NCBI GenBank assembly: GCA_011109175.1
Contig: RDEW01000124.1
Location: 1-56,412, forward strand
Source of the DNA: Dicyema japonicum
Taxonomy: Eukaryota; Animalia; Dicyemida
Direction: 5' to 3'
DNA: 56,412 bases
Position numbers and translations under genes: made by a program. Of this stretch, positions 34,992-47,436 are shown piece after piece; the first letter of the stretch is position 1; each line of letters opens with the position of its first letter. Under the pieces are notes generated by a model. It did no database searches. It was given only the letters and a program-made list of their open reading frames with translations, and had not been told where the DNA came from.

Positions 34992-37193
34992 CAGAGGTTG
35001 TCAAACGGTGTGCCGCGGCACACTACGTGTGCCGCGAGACAATTTCTAGTGTGCCGCCTGCCAAATACAAATTTGAATAAATTTATATACATTTTTTGAC
35101 CTAATTAATTTAAAAAGATAAATAAATTAAAATAATCATTTTTTATTATATATTAAATGACATTTACATTGGTTAACCATTATTTAATAATTTTTTAATA
35201 ACGTGCGCATCAACGTGGTTATGGGTAAATCAGTTCGTCGTTCTTATAAAGATTCTTATTTGTCATTTGGATTTATATGCATAGATAAAAATAAACTACC
35301 TCAATGTCTAATATGCATGGAAGTCTTGGCAAATGATGCTATGGTTCCTAGCAAACTAAAGAGACATTTTACTTCCAAGCATCCGGACTATTCCGAAAAA
35401 TCTGTGGATTATTTTATCCATTTGAAAAAAACACAAGTATTATTTAGTTTTTACTATGAATCGTAGATCTAGTCAAATGATGTTCAGTGAAACTTTTGTA
35501 AACACAAAGGAATCATTGATATGTTCATACCTGATTTCAGAATTGATAGCAAAACAACTAAAACTTCACACTATTGGCGAAAACTTGATAATCCCTGCTT
35601 GTCGTGTTATTGCTCGGACAATGTTTGGTCATAAATATGAACAAAAAATAATGAAGATACCTTTGTCAGATAACACTGTTTCTCGTCGGATTTGTGCTTT
35701 GTCGGTTAATATTGAAAATACTGTCGCATTTTCGATTAAAGAAACTCGGTTTTCATTACAACTTAATGAATCCACGGATATTTCGGGAATGGCACATTTG
35801 TTGGCATATATACGATTTGTTTATTTTGGGAAAATTACAGAACAATTCTTGTTTTGTAAGCTCTTTTAACTACTACTCGAGCAATTGACATGTTCACGAT
35901 ATTAAACTATTATTTCAATATCAATAATATTTCATTTGCAAATTGTATTGGTGTATGTACAAATGGAGCCCCGTCAATGTCTGGTCGTATTAATGGACTT
36001 GTTTCATTAGTAAAATCTAAAAATAATGAGATAATATCAACACATTGTTTTTTGCATCGAGAAGTATTGGTTGTAAAAACATTACCTATGAATTTGAAAT
36101 CTGTCTTGGATGATATTATCCGAATGATTAATAATATAAAAAGTCGACCCAAAAAGTCTCGCATTTTTACTACTATTTACGATGAAATGGGGGCAAACTT
36201 TACAATTTGTTACTTCATACCGAAATTCGATGGCTATCAAGGGGTAAAGCATTAACGAGGGTTTTTGAATTAAAGAACGAAATGTGTGAGTTTTTTAAAT
36301 TGGAAGGGCATTCTGAATTTGTTGAAAAAATTCAGAATCCAATGTGGTCTATAAAACTTGCGTATTTATCTGACATTTTACAAATATTAAACGAGGTTAA
36401 TGCTAGTATGCAAGGAGGTTCTGAGACTATTTTATCGTCGACGGACAAATTAAATTCTTTGAAAATGAAAATCAGTTTTTGGAGAAAAAGGGTTTTAGAT
36501 GGCGATTATACTATGTTTCCTAATACGAATGGTTTATTTTATATTTTAATTATAATAAGGATATAATGGTGAATCGATACAGGGACTGATTAATGAACAT
36601 TTAATAATTTTGGAAAACAAAATGGATGCTTATTTTCCAGACTTAGAAATTGAAAAATTCGATTGGGTTATTATTTTTTAAATATTTTTAGATACGAAAT
36701 CCTTTTCTTGTGTCAGAATCAAAACACTTATCTGTTAAAGAAAATGAAGAACTTATTGCACTGTTTAATGATCGATCTTTAAAATTAATGATGACGGAGT
36801 TAGACATTGGAGAATTCTGGATATATATTCGAAACATATATCCCAGTTTATCAAAACAAGCACTGACCATAATTTTACAGTTCTCAACGACCTATTTATG
36901 CGAAACAGGTTTTCTACGCTGTATAATATGAAATATAACAAACGTGAAAGTTTGAGAAACATTGATGCTGAAATGCGGGTGGCTTTGTCAACCATTCGAC
37001 CTGATATTGATGATATATGCAAAAACAATAATAATTAAGATTTTATTTTTATTATTAATAAAAATTTGGGCATTAAATTACCAATTTTTGTACTTAGTTT
37101 TACACATCTTAAAAATTTAATTTTTTAATGTGTGCCGTGGATTATTTTTTTTACGATTAGTGTGCCGCGGGAATTATTTTTTGAAAAGCTCTG
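34992..37193 (+). mobile_element. Buster/Charlie-type hAT DNA transposon with TIRs and TSD
   Basis: Left TIR CAGAGGTTGTCAAA; right TIR reverse complement CAGAGCTTTTCAAA; TSD cactaata / ctctaata (7/8, central TA); subterminal GTGTGCCGC repeats. Confidence 0.95.
35221..37038 (+). pseudogene. hAT transposase (ZBED5/Buster-like) with three micro-introns and about four 1-nt frameshifts
   Basis: BED finger PQCLIC...LKRHFTSKH; SLQLNESTD; HCFLHRE; HTEIRWLSRG; STTYLCETGF. Introns at 35437-35466, 36532-36559 and 36667-36691; the last restores FDW|IRNPF. Confidence 0.9.
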
Positions 37194-37490
37194 CTCTAAT
37201 ACAACAATAACGTGTATAAGCAATCTTTTTATTATCTCCAAAAGTGCAATTTAAAATTGGAAACTATGTATTCTTTATAAAACAATAAAAATTAAAGCAT
37301 TAAAATTACTAGTTAAAGCAATATGAAAACCAGTTTTCTAGGTATCAGAACAAAGGGTAATCCCAACCAACACGGGGTACCAGAAGCCATTGCTGTGATC
37401 GCAGCCACAACCATTAAATGTCATTAAATCAGATTTAGAAATACAGCATACCTTATGAAAGATTTAATTGCAAGAGACTCTTTTATAATA

Positions 37491-37697
37491 TACAGGGTGA
37501 CTTAGTGGTTAGGTGTCGGGCTTAAGTGGCTTAGGCTACTGGTTCGAATCTCGCTGCTGTTCACCTGGTGGAAGGTTCCACGCATCTACGATGCAGAAAG
37601 GGTTTGACGAGTGACGCCGTCATCAGTGAATACTCATTGCGGAACTGGATAGTCTAGAAAGGACACTCACACAAGAAAAAGAAAAAAAAAGAAAAAA
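37491..37697 (+). mobile_element. tRNA-derived SINE (U2 copy)
   Basis: A box at 37498-37508, B box GGTTCGAATCT at 37541-37551; longer A-rich tail than the U1 copy. Confidence 0.8.
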
Positions 37698-39896
37698 GTA
37701 GAACTTCAAAAAAAGTGAAGTTCTACGATTAGTTAAAATTAACTGTTCTTTACTTTTATGGTTATCTTAAATTCTTAATACTCAGGTTTCGCAATATATG
37801 AAGCGATAGCTAAAAACTGACACACATAATGAAATGTCCGAAATAATTACTTTTCCCATTAGCCACACCTTATCGGCATGTTAGTTTCTGTCCTTACGTA
37901 ATTTAAATCAAGAACCATTATTCACATAATCTCCGTCAAAATGTTCGTTTCGGGATTGCGGCGAGTAACGGAGAATTTTAATTACGTATTCACATTACTT
38001 CGAGGATTTTCCACTAACCTGATAATCCTACAAACCTGGAACATCGCATCTTAGAAGAGAAAAAATTCAATGCAGTAGTTAACTCGTTGCAGTTTTTGTG
38101 AGCCTCAATTAGCAGCTTTTTTAGATTGTTGACGTTTGTGATCGGCATATAGAAAGGTTCTCTATCCTCATAGGATCTGGGAGTAATAATACCTGAGCAA
38201 ATTGGCAATAAGTAAAAAGATGTTTAAATAATGCTTTTCTTTTACATAAGAATGCATTGTGTACGAATTTGATACTGTCTTTCGCAGTTGTTGTCCACCA
38301 CTTTTATCCATAAATTCTGTAAACATCTTGCTACTACAAACCAGTTAAATCCTCGGAGGTTTTAACGTATTCGAATTCTACGGTTTATACGTATGACTCA
38401 GAGACTATTATACTATTTTATATTAATATTGGCCAAGTGTTGGGTCGGAATCGAGCTCAAATATTGGAATCAACTTACTTATGACTCATGTTTGTTGGTC
38501 TTATTGTCAATGAAGTAGTCGAACAATTGGAAAGTCAACTCTGTAGTCAGGAAGCTATTCCTATATATCTTAGTCTTACTTCATCCTGGGACAGACAACT
38601 TCCAAACAGCCAGGCGAAAGAAAACACAAACTATATCTCGTAGAGTTTATTTGAACAGTAGGGAGTGATTTGGGATCAGCATAATTTCCAGTAGACTGCA
38701 GAACATCTAAAAGATCAATTTGAGGTTGAACCTAGACGTGTACAATATCTGAGATTGGGGTAACCTTCTTGAATCGGGTCCCCGGTATTTCCAAAAAACT
38801 CAGGACATATTTGTGAACAGAATTATCAGATATGCTTTTTAAAACTGAACTTCTCTTGCAACGATCAAACTATTCACATTTTGAAGTGCTAGGAAAAACA
38901 CCTTACATATCAAGTTTGATTACAAAAATAAAAAAACCAAAATAAGGATACTAAAACATAAAATTGGTTAAACCAAATACAAAAGTAATCGAATCATCTT
39001 AGATATCTTAGCAGAATCTCGAGTAAACAACTCTGATCCTTAACACCTCAAATGCCATCACACCTCCCTTTGCCTGATCACCCCAGGGAGAGTGCACAGA
39101 AACAGTCTTATTCATCCAAACTCCAACAATAAAAACAAAGACAAACCAGTTACTATAAGTGATCCATCACACTGAAAGAAAACACAGTGGATAGGTCGCA
39201 TGTGTCCTTCCTGATAAAGTCCGGGAAAACTAGTAATCTTGTAAATAATTAATCAAACCAGCAAATAGCAAGAAACAGTCGTGGATGTGCAAACCTAGTC
39301 AAGCAACTCTGGAATGGGAATGTCCACAAGGTAGACTATTGAGGACTCAATTGTTGAATTTCAAATATTCACTCCCCATCGAAAGAACTAGAGGCCAAGA
39401 TCAGTTCCCCTGATGATCCTCATCATCTATCAGCCAAAATTACAGAATTCTTGTGAACTTAATATTAAGATGATGACTACCTTTAAGAGTCCTAAAGGGA
39501 TGAAAGTCTGTGAAACTCCAAAACTTAACGAATTAAAGGTCATTTTATCAACCCATCCTCTCCGAATAGGCCTTAAATGCTAAAAGTAGAATATAGATTG
39601 ACTCTTTCAGCTTTCATAGAAGTTTTTTACTTCTTGTAGTCGGTAGATTTGTGAACTTGGCATGCCTTGTATAATGGAGAGTGAAACCTTCTTTTTAAAT
39701 TCAAATTCAGACAATATTTCAACCTGGACAGCCGGATTCAATTTGTAGCTATGTTGACATCACAACATATTAATTAGTTATAATAAACTAACTAACCAAT
39801 CACAACAGATTATATGCTTAAATTAAAAAAATCACATTTATTTAATGCAATATTTTTATTATAATGAATATAAAATTTATTAGTAAATGTAATAAC

Positions 39897-41547
39897 TAGG
39901 GCAATTTAAGTGCTAAAATGCTATTTTTATTTTTTATACTTTTTTAAATATACAATTGAATTTGGAATAATTATTTTTTAATTTTGTTAAAAAAACATAC
40001 ATTATAAATGCTATAAGTGCTATTTTTAATTTTAAATGCTAATTTTTGTTTAAATGCTAATTTAAATTGCAGTTAATAATGTGTTTACGGATTCCGAAAC
40101 CTGCAGGTCCAATCGAAAATTTCAAACCGATCGTGCTTTTGACCACTTTGCAAAAAACATTGTCGATTACAACATTGAATTGAATATCAAATTCAGTTGA
40201 CCAATTTGTCACCAAGTCAAAGCGAATTCAGACCAGGAAAATCAACTGCTGATATAGTATGGAGTCATCGGTAGCTTACGTCAATATGTCAGAAGTACAG
40301 AAAAACAATATATACTCTGGGAGTCGGCTAATCAAAAGCATTCGACTGTGTCTGCCGAGATAAACTATTGCAAGTTCTCAAGGACATAATTGATGAGGAC
40401 TGTTTGATGATTGTGCGTTTTTTGCTGGCTGACACGAGCCTCATAGTGAAAGTGGGGAAGGGCTATTCGGAAAAATCACGACCGGCATTGGTATTCTGCA
40501 AGGGGACTCGCTTTCGCCAGTTCTCCTTGCAATCTATTTGGAAGCTGCGTTGAGGGACGTTAGGAAAGAATTAGGTCACTTAAATAATCATTTTGTTGAA
40601 TTAATGTATGCTGATGACATCAATTTTGTGTCTGAGGATGTGGTGGTACTAAGAACTGTAATAGATAAAGCCACAACAGTTCTGGCGAGGTGGTCTTTGA
40701 AGATCAATTCAGAAAAACGGAGTTAACTTCGATTCAGCGGTTCGATGAGAAATGAAAGTTTACTAAAAGGCTCGGCTCGTTTTTGGGTGATGCTGAGGTC
40801 ATTGCTCGCAGAAAGATGTTGGTATCGTGTGCACTGAAAAGATGTGGAGTATTTGGACTCGCAGAAAACTTATCTCCTTAAATCTTCGGATGCGCTTATA
40901 TAGCGCGTTCATACAACCAGTCCTATTATACAACTCGGGAACATGGAGAACATCAAAAACGGACCGTGACACATTTCATAGAAATCAATTGAGAAAAATT
41001 GCGGGAATTAAATGGCCACAGATTATCAAAAAAGACACTCTTTACAAATTATGTAAATGCAAACCGATAAGCAGAGAAGTAATTACCTCACGCTGGCGAC
41101 TTATCGGACATGTTCTGAGAATGGACGAAGTGATTCCTTGCAATCAAATCATGGAAGATTACTATTATACAAGGACTACATTTTGATAATGACAAGGCAA
41201 ATATCAAAAATTATATAAATAAAAGAATGGAGGAAAATGGATTTAAACTTATTATTGAAATGACTGAACCAAAAATTAGCCAACAAGATTATTTTTTTCT
41301 TTCACGCTGTCAGGCATCCTATGCATCTGTTGAAAGAGCTATTAAAATGCTAAAAAATTTTTAAAAAAGGATAGGAACTTCCATCCAGACAATATCAGGC
41401 AATTAACTTTTATTATATTACAATAAATAAAATTTAAATGTTTTATTTTATTATTTTAAGTGCTAACTTTTTTAATTATAATTGTTAGATTTTGTGATTT
41501 TTTAGCGCTAAAAAAATTTTTTTAAGTGCTAGAAACAACTTGCCCTA
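39897..41547 (+). mobile_element. Internally deleted hAT element with a nested RTE
   Basis: Terminal inverted TAGGGCAA / TTGCCCTA; many subterminal (G/A)TGCTA motifs; C-terminal dimerisation remnant CQASYASVERA...KDRNFHPDN at 41186-41420. No clean TSD found. Confidence 0.65.
40085..41185 (+). mobile_element. RTE LINE RT remnant nested in the hAT
   Basis: IPKPAGPIENFKPIVLL, LQGDSLSP, YADDINFVS, LLYNSGTW, RWRLIGHVLRM. Confidence 0.9.
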
Positions 41548-42079
41548 ACATAACAAAGAAGATATTAAAGTTGATATTTCATCATCTTCGCTGAATATAC
41601 TATGCGTCCATTTTTTTCAATCGTTTCGTGGATACATTTGAATCAGCAAGGTAAATGAACTCGATTGCTTTGAACTTGGAAGTTGTGAAATTAGTCAGCC
41701 ATAAATACGTTTCAATAGCTTACGGAAAGTTTCAATACTAATATTATAACTTAAATCGTTTATTTACAAAAATATTAAGTTCCCAGTATATTTCCAACTT
41801 GAGTGCCACATTTTTAATCACGAATCCGTTGATCTTTACTGTAAGTGACATTGACTGTATTCATCAATTTAAATGCCTCTTTCAAAACGGCCTCCATTCA
41901 AAATGGCCTCCGATAAATTTTTTCAGGCTTTGGATAAGTTCATCAATAAACATCACGAGATATTTTACCAAGGTCCTCGACATCTTTAGGTAAAAAAGTC
42001 ATCTTTTTTAATATTTTTGTATAACTTTAAAATGAAATATTTATTTTCAAAAGAAAAAAAGGAAAATGATTACAAAATG

Positions 42080-42950
42080 TTAATAGAATACATATTCTAC
42101 TAAATTGAATATATATTCTGTCGGATCCATATTCAGTAATATTTGTTCTTGAATAAATCTCGATATATTCTCAGATAAAGCGATATATTTAGTTTTTCTA
42201 AGAATTTTTCTCCATTTTGTAATCTTAAGAATTTTATCATTATGCCTTCTTCTTTTATCAATTTCTTTACAAAATTTCTTGGCGTCTTGTTTAGTGTCCC
42301 AAATGTACTTCTAAAAACGTTGTGCCAGCCTTCAATGGAGTTATTTGTCCGAGGTAAGTCCTCATATAAATTATCCAGATTATTCCAATAATTAATTGGA
42401 AATCTTGGAATTAATGCATTTTCTTGATTTCCGATATAATTGATCGAAAAATATTGATATAATGGATTTAGAATCTCAGGAAAATTTGATCTCGACACTA
42501 TCCAATCTAAAGTGTTTTTTACAGTATGTGTAGGAATAAGGGAGAGGCATTTCAACAGTTTTACAAATCTATCGTTAATTTTAAATCACATTTAACCTAT
42601 TTATATCTTCATTATTTATGTCGTTAAAAATTCTTAATTGCAATATTTTTTTTTAAATATTTTGTCCTAGATGGAACATGCAGCAATTTAGCCGTGCGTT
42701 TGGAAATGATTTTTGAAAAGACTTTATTGCTCCTTTTTAAAAATCTGTGACAATAACTCTTGGTTCTAAATCCGGAGTGAGACGTTTAATTATTATAAGC
42801 ATTGTGTCATATTCATTTTCAGTATTTGATGTTAAAAGACAGAACATTATTAGAATTCATGGTGATTAACTATTACCGATATTGTGAATAACTGCTTCCA
42901 AGGAATAGGGAGACATAAAAAATCCCATCAATAGACCATATTTTATGATT
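42080..42950 (-). mobile_element. MULE (Mutator-like) transposase remnant with a 28-nt intron
   Basis: WSIDG, VIVTDF*, CCMFHLGQN, PRTNNSIEGWHN; intron at 42569-42596 joins DINR|FVKLLKCLSLIP in frame. Confidence 0.8.
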
Positions 42951-43049
42951 TTTAATGGTGTCGTTATTTCAGAATTAAAAAAATAACCATATTTGTCTCG
43001 ACATCTGAAAAGTTAATCATTAATATACCAATATTTTGGCGAAAACTGT

Positions 43050-44100
43050 GTCCAACGTTCATACAATGGATCAACACACATTACACCCGAAAGACTGGAC
43101 ACTACATGCTCTACATGCGGTTTTGCCAATGCACGCAAATATGGACTTTTCTGCTCGTCTTGCCGTGACTTTTTCCACCTTGGATGTATAAAGATGTTTC
43201 AGCGGGCTGCGTGCTCGCTCTGCCTTTGACCTACAACCGGACTCTCTTGGGAAAAAGTCTTCGACGAAGCTCGTTGCGAATGGTGTGAAACTGGTTTGGA
43301 TATGCCGAACGATCCTTCGAGGCAACGTGACTGGGATGATATTTACTCCAAGAATATCTTCGACGTGCTAAAGTCTGAGGCCAACCAGCATCGTCTTGCA
43401 TGCCTCGTGTCCGCCGCCAACCATGGGAGCGGAGCGTGGCTGGATGCACTTCCGTGTTCCTCCCTGGGGACCCTATTGGACGATGATTGTATTCGGAATT
43501 GGAATCGCACAACGCCTGGGAGCTGATGTTTGCGTCGAACACCAATGTCGCTGTGGAGGGATCGTCGATGCCAAAGGGCTGCACCCGCTCTCGTGCAAAA
43601 GGAGCGCGGGCAGAGCACCCCGCCATGCTGCTATGAACAACATTGTCTTGCGAGCTCTTGAAGCGGCAGGCTTCCCGGCAGTACTGGAACCTGTGGGATT
43701 GGACCGCGGAGATGGGAAAAGACCGGATGGGTTAACTATCTTTCCGTTCACTGAGGGAAAATCGCTCGTATGGGACTGCACTGTTGTGGATTCTTTCTCG
43801 AACTCGATGATGCTCAGCTCGGCGCAGTCTGCTGGATCGGCAGCCGATCTGGCCGAGAAAATCAAGATTAAAAAATATGGCGAAATTGGAGACCGCTACC
43901 GTTTTGTACCGGTAGCAATCGAGACGTCTGGTGCGGCTGGAAGTATTACAGCCTCTTTCCTAAAGGAAATCGGGGGAAAATTGGCCCACCGCAAGAAAGA
44001 CGTGCGGGAAGCGGTCTGGCTGAGGCAAAGAATTGGTATCGCAGTTGTTCGCGGAAACGCTTACTCCGTGATGTCAGCAGCCGCTCTCCCCCATAGTTAA
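43050..44100 (+). mobile_element. CRE-clade non-LTR retrotransposon, 3' part (CCHC knuckle + restriction-like endonuclease)
   Basis: GAWLDALPCSSLGTLLDD; CRCGGIVDAKGLHPLSC; KRPDGL; WDCTVVD; FVPVAIETSG; QRIGIAVVRGNA; AT/A-rich tail. Confidence 0.88.
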
Positions 44101-44269
44101 TAAATAATATTTTATTGTTAATAAATTTTTGATAATAAAAAAAAAATTATTAGAATTATTTTCACTAATTTATAATCACTTCCATTGATGCTAAAATATT
44201 TGTTATCAAAAAAGTTCGATTGGTTATATTTTATATTTATTATTAACTTCTGAATTTCTTAATCTATTT

Positions 44270-44750
44270 TTTCGACGCTAAAGGTCTTCATGCCCTCTCC
44301 TGCTGAGCGAACGCAGATGTCCGAGGCACAGAGCCATTAACTGAGTTATTGCGTTGGGAAGAAGACACTGGATTCTCTGTCCAGTTGGATCCTCTTGGAT
44401 TGGTTTTAGTCAAAAAAGACTTGTCAACTCTCTAAGGGAAAGCAATAGGGAAAGCCTGGGATGCCACCTGTGTGGATAGATTCTCTCCTGTAACCTTTCC
44501 CTGACAGCAACCAACTCAGGATGAGCCTTAAGAAAAAGAAATACGAAAGTTTCTGTGGAAAGTTCATTTTTGAACCAGTCGCTTTCGAAACATCAAGAGT
44601 CATTGAAAGCGAATCATTAATCTTGTTGAATCAGATTGGATCGCTTATTGCGAGGAGGAAAACGGATGAGTTGTTCATTGAGCGAATTTCCTTACAAATC
44701 TTGAGGGAAATGCTTTTCGATTTTGAGATAAAAAAGTTTCGTCAATAAAG
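44270..44750 (+). mobile_element. Second degraded CRE 3' remnant
   Basis: WDATCVD, FEPVAFETS, ERISLQILR. Confidence 0.7.
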
Positions 44751-44949
44751 TTATTTAATCTAGTCACTATAAGAGATTACACATCAAACTGAGAATTTTT
44801 CTTTAAAACACAAATGAAGCGAGAAAATGGATTATTAGTATGTTTTCGGGGATTGATTTTCGACTTGCTTTGAAGCATGAACTGGGTCCAGGAAAATTTT
44901 CGGAGAATAACTATCAAACACGTAGAGTCCAAAGCCAGGTTCCGACTAT

Positions 44950-45370
44950 TAGCATAAATGAAATAACAAAAACCGAGCTTATTACAATCATAAAAGAAAG
45001 CAAACTTACCGATTAGATATGGAGGAGAGGAAAAAAAGTCGGGTCTTTGTTTGGCGACCTGGAAGATGTTCAAAGAAGAAAGATGTTGTCAACAATATCA
45101 CTGACAGACCAATTCGACATGCCTGAGATACGTGCATGTTTCAAGATCAGTAAAAGTACGAGTATACAATGCTTTCGTCAGATCCATGCTGCTCTACAAC
45201 TCGGGAACGTGGGGACTAACTCGGACATTACGATATTATGGAATCATACTTCTGCTAGGGGGTTTTTAGAGGGAAGCCACGAACAACTTCGTTTAATGAA
45301 AATCGATCTAAGACATGTTAAATGGCATTAGAAGACGCAGATGATCTAGAAAGCCAAAAAATCGTAATCT
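44950..45370 (+). mobile_element. RTE LINE remnant
   Basis: KVGSLFGDLEDVQRRK; ALQLGNV is a frameshifted LYNSGTW. Confidence 0.7.
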
Positions 45371-45419
45371 TGAAAAGAGCGTAATTTAGAACGCATTTCC
45401 CCTGACTACTGGCTGATCT

Positions 45420-47436
45420 CGTAATTTAGAACGCATTTCCCCTGACGATTTGCAAGGAAATGCGCTCAATCAGCAGCTCTTTTCTCTCCTATCATTTTTT
45501 TACGCGATGAGCGATCCGGTTCTGTTTAGCAGGATCAGTGACCTTCTTCCTATTATTCCTGACGGTTCCACTGCGACTGGTTCAAAAATGGACTGTCTAC
45601 CGAGACATAAGTATTTCTTTTTCTTTAGGGTCTCAGCCTTCTCCGAAGCAGAGCGCTTGTTAGTTGCTGGCATAACAAGGTTGGAGGGAGAAAGGCTATC
45701 CTTACAGTTGGCGTCCGAGGCAAGGTATTTACCGCTTTCCCATGGGAAGACAGTAGTTCCGTAGTTGGTTGGCTGGAGCAAGTCCAAGCGCTTCCAATTA
45801 GACAGGAAATCCGGCAGTTTTAAGTACCCAAGCAATGATCCATTGATTGCGGCGTGTCTAGGGCTCCTTCCAGCACTCTTCCAGAAGGAGAGAGCGTGAA
45901 GTCCTTTCGTGTCGACCATTCCTCCACATCTAAACCGATGGATCGTGTAAACATCCATTCCGAGGCGGACGGAAACCCCAATCCTCGTCGCGTCGTCATC
46001 CAGTAGTGTCCCAAGTGAGGTACATGGTAATACTCTGAGCTCTCGTTCATCATGCAGAAGCCAGACAAGCAAGACGATGCTGATCAAGCACAGGTTTTAT
46101 CTCTTCTATGATCTTTGAGCATAAAAGCTTGTCCCATTCTCGCTGTTTATTAGCGTTCTTACGGAATCCAACACCCAGTCGGGTCCAAACTTCCCGAGCC
46201 ATGCATACCACTGATTCAGCGTCCGATCCGTTAATGTAGCGTAGGATCTGGCGTGTGAGAGCACTGGAAGCATATGTCGAAGAAAGAGTTCTAGTTGTGA
46301 GCGTTTTCCGATTCCTCCGTAGCGAAGAGGTAGTTTGCATTAGATCCAGCCAGTTTCATCAAAGAAATATTGAGCGTTTCTTCAACGGCAGTCCTCAGCT
46401 TCTCGACGATGGCTCTTAAAAAGTTAATGTCCGTGAAACATGGGATGTCCGTAGAAGAAAAAGTTAGGCGGAAATTCCTGAGGAAAGAACAAAGCCATGT
46501 GGAGTCCAGGGTTTGTAAATTTAATGTGAATTGTAGGAGTGATGTATTTTTTCCTCCAGGAGAGCTGACACATTATTATAGTGTAGGGGAGAGTCAAAAA
46601 ATTGCATTTTCAAGTTGGGTAACCGATACATCGCGGAGGTGAGCAGAAATAGCGGCCACTGCACGGCAGAAGTCTTCCTATCCGCAAGCAACGTTTTATA
46701 ATTTTCACAGTTATACGGGTTCGGTTCCAACCCTAGTGCCTCAAGTGCAGAGATCGCAGACTTGACTTCCACCACCACAAGTTCCCAATTACCTCCGACA
46801 GCCGCGTCGTCAAGGTACCATAAATTTAATGGAGTTCGCATCGTTGATGCTGCACATTCGATACCCAAGGCGAAGAGCAGGGGGCCAAGAAGGTCACCTT
46901 GTTGAACTCCAGTTTTGGATTCAATGATGTGTTGCCCGAATATCAGGGTACATGAGGAGCCGTATGCAAGTTTCCTAGAAATGCTAACTTCTATGATTCT
47001 GTCTCTGCGAATGCTATTGAAAGCATTGCGTATGTCCAGTTTGACTATTATATTATTCGTAGTGTCTGGCGGACTGGTAGTAAAGTTCCTGATTGAGTGT
47101 ATTACTGCCTCGCATCCATGAGGAATTCCAGCCCCCAGTTGGGGACTTAGTCTTGCTCGCTGCTCTGGCATGTCTCCGATCATGACCTTCTTATTCACTT
47201 CTTTGCAGATGTCCCATTTGTCTTTTTTGATCCTAGACGGTGAGGGCGGATCATCAGCAATCGAATGACTTCTCAGTGCAGTCGTCAGGTTAACTGTCTC
47301 GTATTTAGAGGCATTTCTCTTGATGATTGAATTGAGGTTCTCTTCTTTCAGTTCGGTCGGATGTGATCCGAGGACAATAGGTGCAAAGCAGAAAAGGCGT
47401 ATCCAGGCATTTTGAGTATTGTCATCGACTGCCCTG
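45420..47436 (-). mobile_element. CRE-clade element (RT + endonuclease), runs into the assembly gap
   Basis: GCEAVIH, KLDIRNAFNSIRR, GVQQGDLLGPLLFAL, WYLDD; LPCTSLGTLLDDD, FEPVAVEPSG, ERISLQIVRGNAF; 27-bp terminal duplication at 45381-45447. Confidence 0.88.

Larger units (their letters stand above)
26066..38812. repeat. Array unit U2 (12.7 kb, including a 2.36-kb hAT-containing segment)
   Basis: Colinear with U1; homology ends at caggacatattt (38812), then unique sequence follows. Confidence 0.95.
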
